NCBI RefSeq assembly: GCF_963921235.1
Contig: NC_086103.1
Span: 43,462,001 to 43,526,000, forward strand
Reading direction: 5' to 3'
Length of the DNA: 64,000 nt
DNA from: Mobula hypostoma
Taxonomy: Eukaryota
Below, one piece after another: positions 39,584-50,880 of this stretch; position 1 is the first letter of the stretch, and each line of letters opens with the position of its first letter. A program made the position numbers and the translations under genes. The notes beneath the pieces were generated by a model. It saw nothing but the letters and a program-made list of their open reading frames with translations. It had not been told where the DNA came from and did not search any database.

Positions 39584-42084
39584 GTTGATGAATATTAATT
39601 ACAAATAATATAAACATGACTTTAAAATGTATGGTTATTTATTTTCATCACTTGTAATTTACATTGTTTGATCATTAAAATGGAGATATATTTAGAACCT
39701 CTCATCTCTGGATTTTATTCATAACTTGAAAGTCACTGATGTCAAATTTTAAGTATCAATTAGAAACATTGTGGATATTTTCAAATCACTGCTAATTAAA
39801 TTCCTTTATGTGAATTTTGGGAAATTACAACTATATTAACCATTGGAAAGAATGATAATATTAGTGCCAAGGTTTCTGTTCAAAAATAATGGCTTGCTCA
39901 TTTAGGACAGAGGAATTTTGTTTTGTCTTCTGAGTCATGAATATCTAGAACTCTTCCTCAAAAGGCAGTTGAAATGGAGCTTTTGAATATTTTTATGGCA
40001 GTGACAAGAGATTCTTTCAAGCAATAGATGAAAGTTTACAGCAGAGGATAAGAGTGCAGAATTGGTTTATAGTCAGGTCAGCCATGATCTTAAATAAGAG
40101 CAAGCTTTAGAGCATGAGTGGTCTATTCCTAATCTGCATATTCATATGTAATATATTGGGGGAAATGGGTAATAACCTGAAACACTGTATGTAAGCCTAA
40201 AGTTATCAAAGGTTTAACCCTCTTTTGAAAACATACACAGTAAATATTACCTTTACCTAATGATACCTCGCTTGTTTCTTTCCCTTGTGATTATTTAAGC
40301 TTTTATTAGCACCTCGCAAACCAAATGATTCATGTTGCGGATCCCCATCAGGCTTTGTGCCTTCCTGATTTGGAAATAATTGCCTTTCTCATTGTTGCTG
40401 GTATTCCCTATTTAGCATCACGGTGAGAGAATTTCCAACCTTGCAGTTTGGGTATGTGGCTTACTTAAGTTTCTCCAAGGACCATTATCGATGGAAATAA
40501 TTTTAGATAGGTACTGAAATTTTATAAAATTTTAGATGGAAAACTTTATGTAACTGGTTACTTTTTTAAGCCTATAGATCTATGATAAACTAGGTAGCTT
40601 TGATAATTTTATAAATATGGTTACATTTATAAAGTTCACCACAGGATGACTTTCAGTTACTTTAGAGTAATTCAACAGGGAATGCAAAAAAGTATTGAAA
40701 AGAGTACAAAAGGATTGGAGAATAAGTGAAGCATTGTAAAGTATTAAATATTGCTGAGAATTATTTCTGTAAGATAGTTCCTGAAATACCTACAGCAAGG
40801 CAATGTGAAGAAGGAATTCTGACTGCAAAAAAAAATTTTCATACACAATAATTAAAGGTTAGAAGGAATCAGTCTTTTTCAGTAAAAAAAAATACCAGGT
40901 GTTCCATCGATGTACTGACGTGGGTACAAACGATGACATGATGTGCACATCTAACCTACCTGTGTAATTCATCCTACTTATAACAATACATTTCTTAATT
41001 TGGAGTATTCTTCATGCTGTCTTTCTGAAACTATCAAATACAGGATACTTGAAGGTTTTGTTGGTTAAATACAAAAAATAGTTGAGTAGCAGGAAACAAA
41101 GTATGGGAATAATGATAATAGATTAAGTAATTGAGCAAAACTAACCCAAATGAACTTCAGTTTTAGCACTTGTGGAGTCATCCAGTTTAACCTAAATAAA
41201 ATGAATTAAAATGTTTTCCAGATAATGAAAAATTTGACAGTGAAAGACAAAAGAACCTAGAATCTACTTGTATTAATATATTGAAATACAACAAATAAAA
41301 AGTAATAGAAACATTACTTATAGGTAAAAATAGTAAGAGAAAGAATAGGTCATACAATCTTTAAATGTGTGAACTTTAATCAAGATCATGACTCATTTTT
41401 ACTTCAATGCTATTTTCCAGCAACATCTCCATAGCCCTTGAAGTTTTCTGTTTGGAATGCGATTCCAGAGCCATCTGGGGTGGAGAATTTCTCTAGGTGG
41501 AAAGAATTCACATTTCAGTGTTAAACGCACTGCTACTTTTTCTCAAAATGAGTCCCTAGTCCTGGATTCTGCAGCCAGGAAAAATGTATTTTCTGGCTTG
41601 TTGAGGCATTTAAGAACGCTGAAAGTTTTGATGGTATCTGCTTATCCTTCTAACTCTTTAAAAAAACAGTTCCAGTCAACTCATCTCTCCTCATGGCAAG
41701 AACAAAAATAATTCAAATATGTCTACAATAGTTAATAGTATCTTGTTAAGGCTGAATAAGTAGTATTATATTGCATTATTGCGAATGGAATTTGGCATTT
41801 TTGGGCATTTTGTTTAATGTAGAACCACAAAAGTTTAACAATCAATAATATACTTGGCTGCAATCATTGCATATAATGATAAGAGATAAACAGAATAAAT
41901 AAAGATACAAAATATGGCTGGTGGAAAAAACAGAATTGTAGCAAAGTGGGACTTCCAGAGATCAAACTAATACATGCACAATTGTTCAAATCTCTTTCTA
42001 GAATCACATTATCGAGATCTTTAGTATTGGATACTACCAACATTAGAGATCTTATCCGTGACATGGAAATAAAAGGTTGCTTCA

Positions 42085-42960
42085 GGATCAGATATATATT
42101 CCTGACATATGATGTGAAATTTGTTGTTTTGCAGCTGCACTACAGAGCAAATGCATAAAAATTACTATAAGTTTTAAAAACTAAATAGTGCAAAAAAAAA
42201 TAATGAGGTAGTGTTTATGAGTTCCTGGACTGTTCAGAAATCTGATAGTAGCAGGGGAAGAGGCTGTTGTTAACGTGTTCAGTGTTCCTTTTCAGGCTCC
42301 TGTTCCACCTCTCTTCTCTGCCCCCCCCCCCCACCCTACATGATGAAGACATACCCTGGATTGAGAAGGATTTTAATCATGTTGCCTTCTCGAGCTACTG
42401 CTTCTTGAAGATGTACTCACTGATGGTTGACTGCTGCCCCTTGTGATTCTGTGCATTGGAGCCTCCATAACAGGCATGATCTAACCGGTCAGAATGCTCT
42501 CCACTGTACATCTCTAGAAATTTACTATGGTCTTTGGTGTCATGCCAAAACTCCTCAAATTCCTAATGAAGTATAGTCACTGCCATGCCTTTCTAATTGC
42601 ATCATATAGGCCCCCTGTGATGTTGACAGCCAGGAAGTTAAAGCTGCTCATCCTTTCCATTATTTGAGTTCTCAATGAAAACTGGTGTGTTTTCTCCTGA
42701 CTTGCCCTTCCTGAAATCTGCAAGACCTGCTGATGTTGAGTGTTAGGTTGTTGTTGCAATACCAATTAACCAGCGAATCCATGTCACTCCTGCACACTTG
42801 CTCATTGCCATCTGTGATTTTACCAACAACAGTGGTGGCATCAGCAAAATTATAGATGGTATTTGAGCTGTGCTTAGCTACACAGTCTTGAGTATAGCGA
42901 GTAAAGAAGGGAGCTATCCACAAGTCCTTGAGGTACACGTGCTGATAGTGAGGAGGTGAT
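42085..42960 (-). mobile_element. Rex/Babar-type LINE remnant (RT C-terminus and 3' end)
   Basis: YTQDCVAKHSSNTIYNFADATTVVGKITDGNE...LVNWYCNNNLTLNISR. Confidence 0.8.
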
Positions 42961-45179
42961 ATTGATAGAATGGGATATTCTAGACACAAACTATAGAGTT
43001 GGTGCTTTGGTGCATAAAACATTGATTAATAAAAGGTTATTAAAGTACAAAAAGATCCTTAGTGCAATGTCAACAACATTCAAATTGTCAGATATTTTTA
43101 GTAAACTGGGATCCTAAGATATTCCATAAAAACTGGGTAACAATTCCAATGAGAAGCAGAGTTGAGTGAAAATCCAAACTTAGTTTAAAATTCTGGAGAT
43201 TAAGTATGCAGAATGACCAAATAAACTTTTGATATATTGTTCCGGGACAAACTGTAGCAAGGTCATGCGAAACATTTCCTAAACTCCCCCGGGTCATGTT
43301 TTACGTTCAAACTGTCCGCAGATGAGATTTCAGTTTATTTGCCTCATTCCAAGTAGTGGCATTGGTGAAGGTGGAAACAGATCCTTAGTACCAGCCACAG
43401 TTGTGGCCTTTTTCCTTCCTGTATATTGTGTTCAATGCTGAAGTAGGAATTGAACCTACAACCTTGTGATTTAGACAAAACAGTTATCCAATCGAGCTGA
43501 AAGCCTGCACCATTTCACATTTAATATAATTTCAAACAGGAACAAGTGGAATCTGAATAAACCAATGTTATTTGTCTTAAAAATTATTTATTATCACTTA
43601 CAGACTTCTAATTGCAAATTTGTGTGATATAAATCCTCCTCTAAACTATATGTAAATTAATCCTACTTTAAATTAATCTACTCATTATGTCTACATGCCC
43701 AATTATGCCACTTGTCTCATGTTCTGTGTCCAATCCAAGCACATCAATTGCAAATAGGTAAAAATAAATCAAACCAAGTAAATTCGGAATTGCAATCAAT
43801 GAATTACAATAAATAAATGGTAAACAGCAATACAATCAAAACATTGGCATAGATTTAATGTTCTGTTCACAAAACAAGTATAAAGTTTACAAATGTAATT
43901 TGATTCACAAGTTGAATCAAAGTTAGGTTTAAAAAAACTTCATTATCCCACATGTACAGGAAGAATTGGTTACAATTTTATTGCACTATTTTTACTGTTG
44001 AAAAGAATCTTGATTTATTTCAGCCAAGACTGGTTATCTGTGTTAGGGATATATATAAGTAGCTCTTTTTATTTTTCTTTGACTCAAATAAAATGCCAAA
44101 AGATGTGGAGTTTTTTTGCTTTGAACTAAAATCCTCTGTTCAAAATTCCTAGACTAGAACATCAGATCATCAAGGCTATTATCAAGAGAATACTTTGCCT
44201 CAAATTGAGCTGGAACAAAAATTTCAAACCCATAAGTTGAAAGACAATACGCCACCTATTAAACAAACATCTAGTATGTTCATCAAAGTGAGGCTCCTTC
44301 GTTAAAATTTCTACCAGCATTTGCGAATGTAAATAAATTTGTAGGGTCACAGGAGTCTGGATGGTACGGTATAAATATATAACAATAAACTTTCATCATT
44401 GTGCAAATGTCTTACTAGGTTCATTTCCGAAGACCATTTCGCAGACAAGATTAGATTCTGATCAACTCATGTTAAATTACTGAGGTCAACATCAAAGTCA
44501 ATGAGTTATCCAACTGAAATATTTTTATTGTGCCACTACGGAGTTCATTCAAATGCATGATTTCTGTGTGTTTGGATGGTGTGGTATTCAACTTGTAAGA
44601 TTTTGTAACTGGAGAACAGTAATCTACAACGATTAGTACAAATAGTCCCAGAAGATCTTCTTTCTAATAAAGTCTCAACAGTCCACTGAAATTGGTATTT
44701 CTTTGAGAAATGCAGATTAAGCCAATGTTCTCTTTTCCCCTTTCAAGATAAATTTGCTTCTGTGTAATAGTTTGGAAGTGTAAGAAAACAAATTTAAAAG
44801 TCACCTGACATTGGCTGCAAGAAGTCAGTAAGCAAAACCATCACCAAAGTTGACATTTTACAGCGGAACATCCACAATGTTAGTGGAAGAAGATGATCTA
44901 TCACATGACATAAGTTCAAGCGTGATAGCCAATTGATGCCCTCGCTGGAGCAGCAGCATTGAGTAAAGCCAATCAGTGAACGCTATCCGTTAGATGCCCT
45001 TTTTATACCATTGGATGCAAGTTATTCGTCATGTGGGAAATCACAGGTCAAGATGATGGCGGAGGGTAATCGCAATGTAAGGTGTGAGCACATGGACCCT
45101 GCTGTTACCTTGAAGATGGAGCATTCCCAAGGCTGGCAAAAATAACATTTGTTTTTAAACATTAACAAATGGTTACCCC

Positions 45180-45915
45180 CTGAGCTTTGGCTCAATAGAC
45201 TGGCGAGGAGAGGCTGAGGCTAAGGTGAGAATTCTGTCAAGTTTCTCTTTCTTTCTTTATTATTGTCTAGCTAGAGTAGTGAGAATGGATAGTAGGTCAG
45301 TTGTGTGCTCCACAGGCAAGATATGGGGAGTTTTGGAGACATTCTGTCTCCCCGATTGCTGCAGCCGCATGGTGCATCTAAGGCTCATTTGGGAGAATGA
45401 ATGAGTGATAGATAAGAGGTAGTCACACCTAAACTGAAGGAGGCATGTAGCTGGGTGACTGTCAAGAGAGGAAAAGGGAATAGACAGATAGTGCAGAGTA
45501 CCCCTGTGGCTGTTCCCTTCAATAACACTTTAGATACTGTTGGCAGGGAAGCTGCAGTGACCAGCACTGAGTCTGGCTCAGTGAAGGGTCTTGGCCCAAA
45601 ACGTCAACTGTTTACTGTCTTCCATAAATGCTGCCTGTCCTGCTGATTTCTCCAACATCTTGTGTGTACTACTCTGATTTCCAGCATCTGCAGATCTTCT
45701 CTTGTTACTCAGTCTGGCTCCGTGGCTTCAAAGGGAAACAGCGGTGACAGGGGATTCAATAGTTAGACAATAGACAGATGATTCTGTGGATATGTAAGAG
45801 ATTCCCAGATGATATGTTGCCTCCCCGGTCACAGAAATGGGTCCAGGGAATTCTTAAGGGGGATGGTAAACATCCAGAAGATATTAGTAACAATGACATA
45901 GGTAGGAAAAGGAAT
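45180..45915 (+). mobile_element. CR1 5'UTR/ORF1 remnant carrying a Penelope-derived insert
   Basis: WVTVKRGKGNRQIVQSTPVAVP.NN.LDTVG and a degenerate GDSIVR esterase motif. Confidence 0.7.
45580..45710 (+). mobile_element. Short Penelope-derived insert with 10-bp target-site duplication
   Basis: Flanked by AGTCTGGCTC at 45570-45579 and 45711-45720. Confidence 0.85.
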
Positions 45916-46249
45916 GATAAGGATTTATTTTTCACATGTACATCAAAACAGACAGAGAAATGTGTCCTTTACTTCAATGACCAACACATTGAGGGTGTGC
46001 TAGGGGCATGGCAGCCCACAAGAATCACTATGCTTCTAGTGCCAATATAGCTTGTCCACAACTTGCGTCTTTTGAAATGTTGGAGGAAACTGGACCACCA
46101 AGAAGACACAATTATCTTTCAGAACAGAGAAGCATTTCTTTTAAACATCCCCATCAATGGTAGGTGTGTAGGTTCATTACTGGTGTGTAGCCAAATCATA
46201 ATTTCAGTAATCAATTGATAGGAGTAAACAGTCGAGTAGTTAGGCCAAG

Positions 46250-46508
46250 ACGTCTTGATGAAGGGTCTCGGCATGAAATGTTGCCTGTTTATTCCTCTCC
46301 ATGGATACTATCTGGCCTGGTGAGTTTCTCCAGCATTTTGTGTGTGTTACTCTGGATTTCCAGCATCTGCAGAATCTCAAATGAGAAAATTTACAGATGC
46401 TGGAAATCCGAGCAAGACACAGAAAATGCTGGAGGAACTCACGGGCCGGGCAGCATCTATGGAAAGGAATACAGTTGACCTTTCGGGCCAAAACCCTTTG
46501 GCAGGACT
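46250..46508. mobile_element. Inverted (tail-to-tail) pair of short Penelope-derived elements
   Basis: 46250-46378 (+) and ~46383-46508 (-) are reverse-complement homologues. Confidence 0.85.
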
Positions 46509-47339
46509 CAGAATCTACTGTGTTTATGGTTTGCAGCTCATCACCATCTTTTCAAGGATGATTAGTGGTACATAATCAATGTTGACCTTTATCAACAAGC
46601 AAGATATTGAGAATTATTTGGACAGCATCTGAAATATGAAAATAAAAACATAGAATGTCAAACAATACAGCATGGCACAGGCCCTTCAGCCCTCAATGTT
46701 GTGCCTACCTTTTAACCTACTGAAAGATCGTTCCAACACCTTCCTCCCACATCGTCCTTTATTCTTCTGCAAACAAAACTGCAAATGCTGAAAGTCTAAA
46801 ATAAAATCTGAAAATGCTGGCGTTACCCAGCAAGATAGGCCACATCACCGGGAAAAGAAACAGAGGTAACTTTCAGATTAAAGACTTTGTTCTGATAAAT
46901 GAGTCTCCTACCAGCAGCAGTTGAATATGCCTTAGCTGAAAAGTATATGATGAGTAAGATATTTTCTAGAGGATTTGGAAAGAACATTTGTGTTTGATGG
47001 AAGTTAGGGTTGTTGACAAGGTGGGCTGAGAAGTTGTTAATTCTGTGGTTGTTGTTGAGGGAGTTGTGAAAGAAATGAGAATGAGTAGAGAAAGGGTTGT
47101 ATAGGTTGGAGGCAGCCTGGAGGTTTGTGATTACTGGTGGGCTTGGTGGAGGTTATTGGGAAACTGGACAGGGAGAAGGTGGAGGTTAGTAATGTACAGT
47201 GATACAAGAGGATCAAATGAGGAAGAAAGAAACATCAGTCTAAGCACATGATGGTTTGGAAATAGTCAAATTTCTGGACAGGGTCCCTGATAATGAATTC
47301 ACTGCTCTTCGTGCAATACTTTATTGAGATCAAATCAAC

Positions 47340-48205
47340 AGTTCAATAGTTCCACATAGTATCAGAGAATGTATGCAATATACAACCTGAAATTCTTGCT
47401 CTTCGCAGACATCCACGAAAACAGAAGTGTCCCAATGAATGAATGAATGACAGTAAAAATGTTAGAAACCCAAAGCCCCCCTCTCCCCCTCGCATGCACA
47501 AACAACAGCAAAGCATCAACCCTCCCCCACTTACTTCAGCAAAAAAAGCATCAGCATTCTCCAGCCACCAAGCAATAGCAAAGCCCCCAAGAAAGACCAT
47601 GATCTGCAGTACAACAAAAATTGTTCATCCAACAATTTAACATACCTCTCTCTCTCTCTCTCTCCCTCCCTCCCTCCCTCACAAAGGGACAGAAAGGCGT
47701 CACCCTTTCACAGCAAGAGGGTAGACCGACAAAGATAGACAACTCACTGATTTACGCTGTTAAGGTGTGTCGCGTCACTTTTTTCTGAGTTCTGCTACTT
47801 GAGAATCAGCAAGAAACTCTCCCCCACCAACGAGCGAAAGGGAGAGAGCGTGTGATTTGCTGAGTACAGAGCCTCTAACAGCTAACCCGCTGTACCCGAT
47901 GTTCCGTTTTCTCCCGCAATGCTTCAGTTGGGACTGGCATAGAACTGGTTTGTCCCAGGTCTGCAAAGCCTCGGAACCCCAAAGGCGCCCTCGTCTTCCA
48001 GGCCGTGTCCTTGGGATATCGAAGAATGTCCAGTCAGTGAGCCCCGGGAGCGGGTCCTATTGCCGCAAGGAGCTCAAGTTTGAGTGTAGCTCTAGGTTAG
48101 CGTCTTTAACGGAACCACATCCACCTTGACACAGAAAAAGAGAGACATTAAAGGTAGAAATTAAGCTGTTTCCGCTGATGAGCTCGAAGAAGTCGCTGTC
48201 GCTCC
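47340..48205 (-). mobile_element. Non-autonomous LINE derivative (CpG-rich 5' part plus Rex/Babar-like 3' end)
   Basis: The 3' end (tcaggttgtatattgcatacattctctgata...gaactattgaa on the minus strand) is shared with Rex-type ends in the window; no recognisable ORF. Confidence 0.6.
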
Positions 48206-49042
48206 CCCCACATATCAATGCTCTTTCTACAATTTTTGACTTACTGAGTTGATACAAATTGACTCTGACTGAGACTGTAGTTCAGAATTTTTACTGTTGT
48301 ACCAGTACACAACTTTAGCCAACACCATGATCAAAGCAAAGAAAGAGAAAGATTGGTATTACTAAAAGTGGTATAAGTTATAGATCTATGTACTTTATGG
48401 AAAATTCTAACTGTCTCAGGGTGAATATTATAGGATTATTACTAATCACTGGTGGATTATCAGGGTTTTTGATCTATTATCAGCAGTTACATTTAGATTG
48501 GATTATTGTATTGCTGTTGGATCTGAGAGAAATCGTTAATGAACTACACAGTTTCAGTGAGTTATTTATTAGTGATATAAAAAGATGGTCCTAACTTTGA
48601 CTTCTCATTTGCTAATCAGACCCAACTTCAGGGTGCCCCTGCTTGCACCTGCATTTTCTCTTAATTAAATGCTTGAATGGTCACCTGTTTTTTCATACTG
48701 ATTATGAAGTTATGCTAGTAAATCACAAGTATTGACTCTACTCCCAGAGACCTAATTGTTACAAAATAAATGCAGTCATATTTGGAGAATATACATGCAT
48801 GGGTCATCTGTGATCCAAATTCCAGGTGTGCTTCCAACAAGAGGTCACAAACTGGGATAGGGAATATGTTTTTAAGAGAAGCAGTTACTCAAAGTACAAA
48901 GTAAATTCATTATTAAAGTATATACTGTATATGTTACCATATACTACCTTGAGATCCATTTCCTTGCAGGCAAAAAATAAAATAGAATTTTATGAAGAAC
49001 TGTACATAAAAAGACAAAGACTGACAAACACTAATGTGTAGA

Positions 49043-49555
49043 AGTTCAAGTTTAATCAAGTTCAATTGTCGTTCAATCACACAGAAATACACAGCTCCAC
49101 AAAACAGTGTCCCTCCAGCGCCAAGATGCAGAACACAGTCCATACTAACAACCACACACAGTGCAGTACATGGAGGTATGACAGCACATACAGTCACAAA
49201 ATAATATTAGCATGCCCTGAGTGACATGGCTCGAAGACTGATGGTGCATGGGATGTTGTCCCAGAGCCACGTTCCTGAAAAATGTTTCTCACCTCCCGCA
49301 GCTGCAGACAAAAGCAATCCAACTTGTCTTCCGAGGAGCGAACACCAGAGAGCAGCCCTGACGGGAGAGCTGGCAAGCAGGGGCCAGCCCCTAACCCAGC
49401 ATAAATTCTCGCACCTCTGTTCTCCTCCACGCCGCCTCTGGTGCCTTCTCCCCTGGGTGGCTGTTACAGGCAAAGCCACAGCACGAGGAGCTGGGCCACA
49501 CAACAACCATGGCCACGTAGCTCCCCTGCCATTGGTCTCTCCAATGAACCAGCCT
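49043..49555 (-). mobile_element. Internally deleted Rex/Babar-type LINE
   Basis: PALPSGLLSGVRSSEDKLD resembles the ORF2 endonuclease start, joined to a 3' end with a (TTGAAC)n tail. Confidence 0.6.
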
Positions 49556-50311
49556 TGCATTTCTTTGTATCACCAATATCTATCAGAATCCTGTGATCGC
49601 AAGAATAACAATTAAGATAAGCATTTGAACCTTTTTTTGGATCTCCAGAGGCCAATGCAACCTAGCACGCTGCCCGTCTTACTGGAAATCTGGCCAAGCT
49701 GCAAATAAAAACAATACTGAGGACACAAAGTAAAAAGAAAGTAACAGTGAATATGGAGGATATAGTGAGTGAGACCAGGAGGCATGAGGTGCCAGGGCAG
49801 ACAGGGAGTGAGGAAGGATGGACGTGCTAAACCCGTGTTTATTGTAATATGGGACCCCTTACTGGCAAAGCAGGTGAACTCAGGGCATGGATGAGCTCTT
49901 GAGAGCTTGTTATTGTAGCTATTTCTCAAACGTGATCGAGGGATGGGCAGGGCTGGCAGCTGACCATGAGGTGGGGCTATGAAAGGAGGGATAGTTGTGG
50001 TGTTGAGTAGGGGGAATTTTGTGGCAGAATGTGGAGAGGATAGAGGGACCATCCAGTCAGGCAATCACTTTGTTGGGTTTGTACTATAGGCTAACCAATA
50101 GTCAGTAGGAAATAGGGGAGCAAATATGAAGGGAGATTAAGTATATGAAAAATAAGGTTGGAATAGTAGGAGATTTGAACTTCTCTGATGTCGACTATGA
50201 CAGACATAATGCCAAGGGATTATAGTGAAGGGGGCGACACTCGACCTTATAGGAAATGAGGCTGGGCAAGTAGTTAATGTGTTGTTATAGGAGCACTTTG
50301 GGACCAGTAAC

Positions 50312-50455
50312 TATTCTTCCAGTTAGTCCTGACGAAGGGTCTAGGCCCAAAACGTCGACTGTACCTCTCCCTATGGATGCTGCCTGGCCTGCTGCGTTCA
50401 CTGGCAATTTTTATGTGTGTTACTTGAAATTCCAGAATCTGCAGATTTCCTCATG
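50312..50455 (+). mobile_element. Short Penelope-derived element with near-intact hammerhead motif
   Basis: agtcctgacgaagggtctaggcccaaaacgtcgactgtacctc...; inserted in a CR1 remnant spanning ~49780-50560. Confidence 0.85.
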
Positions 50456-50880
50456 TTACCTATTAATCTATTTGGTTTTAAATGGCTATGGGAATAGACA
50501 AGATTTATGACAAGATCAGTCATAAATTGGAGCATGGCTGGTATTGATAGCGTGTTCCTGAAAGGCAAACCTGGTGGGATTGAGGAACCCTGGTTGATGA
50601 GGGCTAATTAGACTCTGGCCAGGAAAAGTATGATGGGATAGGGAGCATATCCAATGACGTGTATAAGTTAAAAATATATTTATTATCAATGTATATGTCA
50701 CCATATTCTACCCTGAGATTCATTTTCTTGCAGAAATTCACAGAATGAAGAAATCCAATAGAATCAATGAAAAACTTAAAATTCTGACAAACATCCAAAG
50801 AAGACAAACAGTGTAACTACAAAATAATAATAATAATAAATAAGCAAGTAAATAAATCTGAGAACTCGAGGAGATGATGA

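Noticed and set aside
44160-44400. Short open frames on both strands in intergenic DNA
   Set aside because: No recognisable homology or convincing splice signals.
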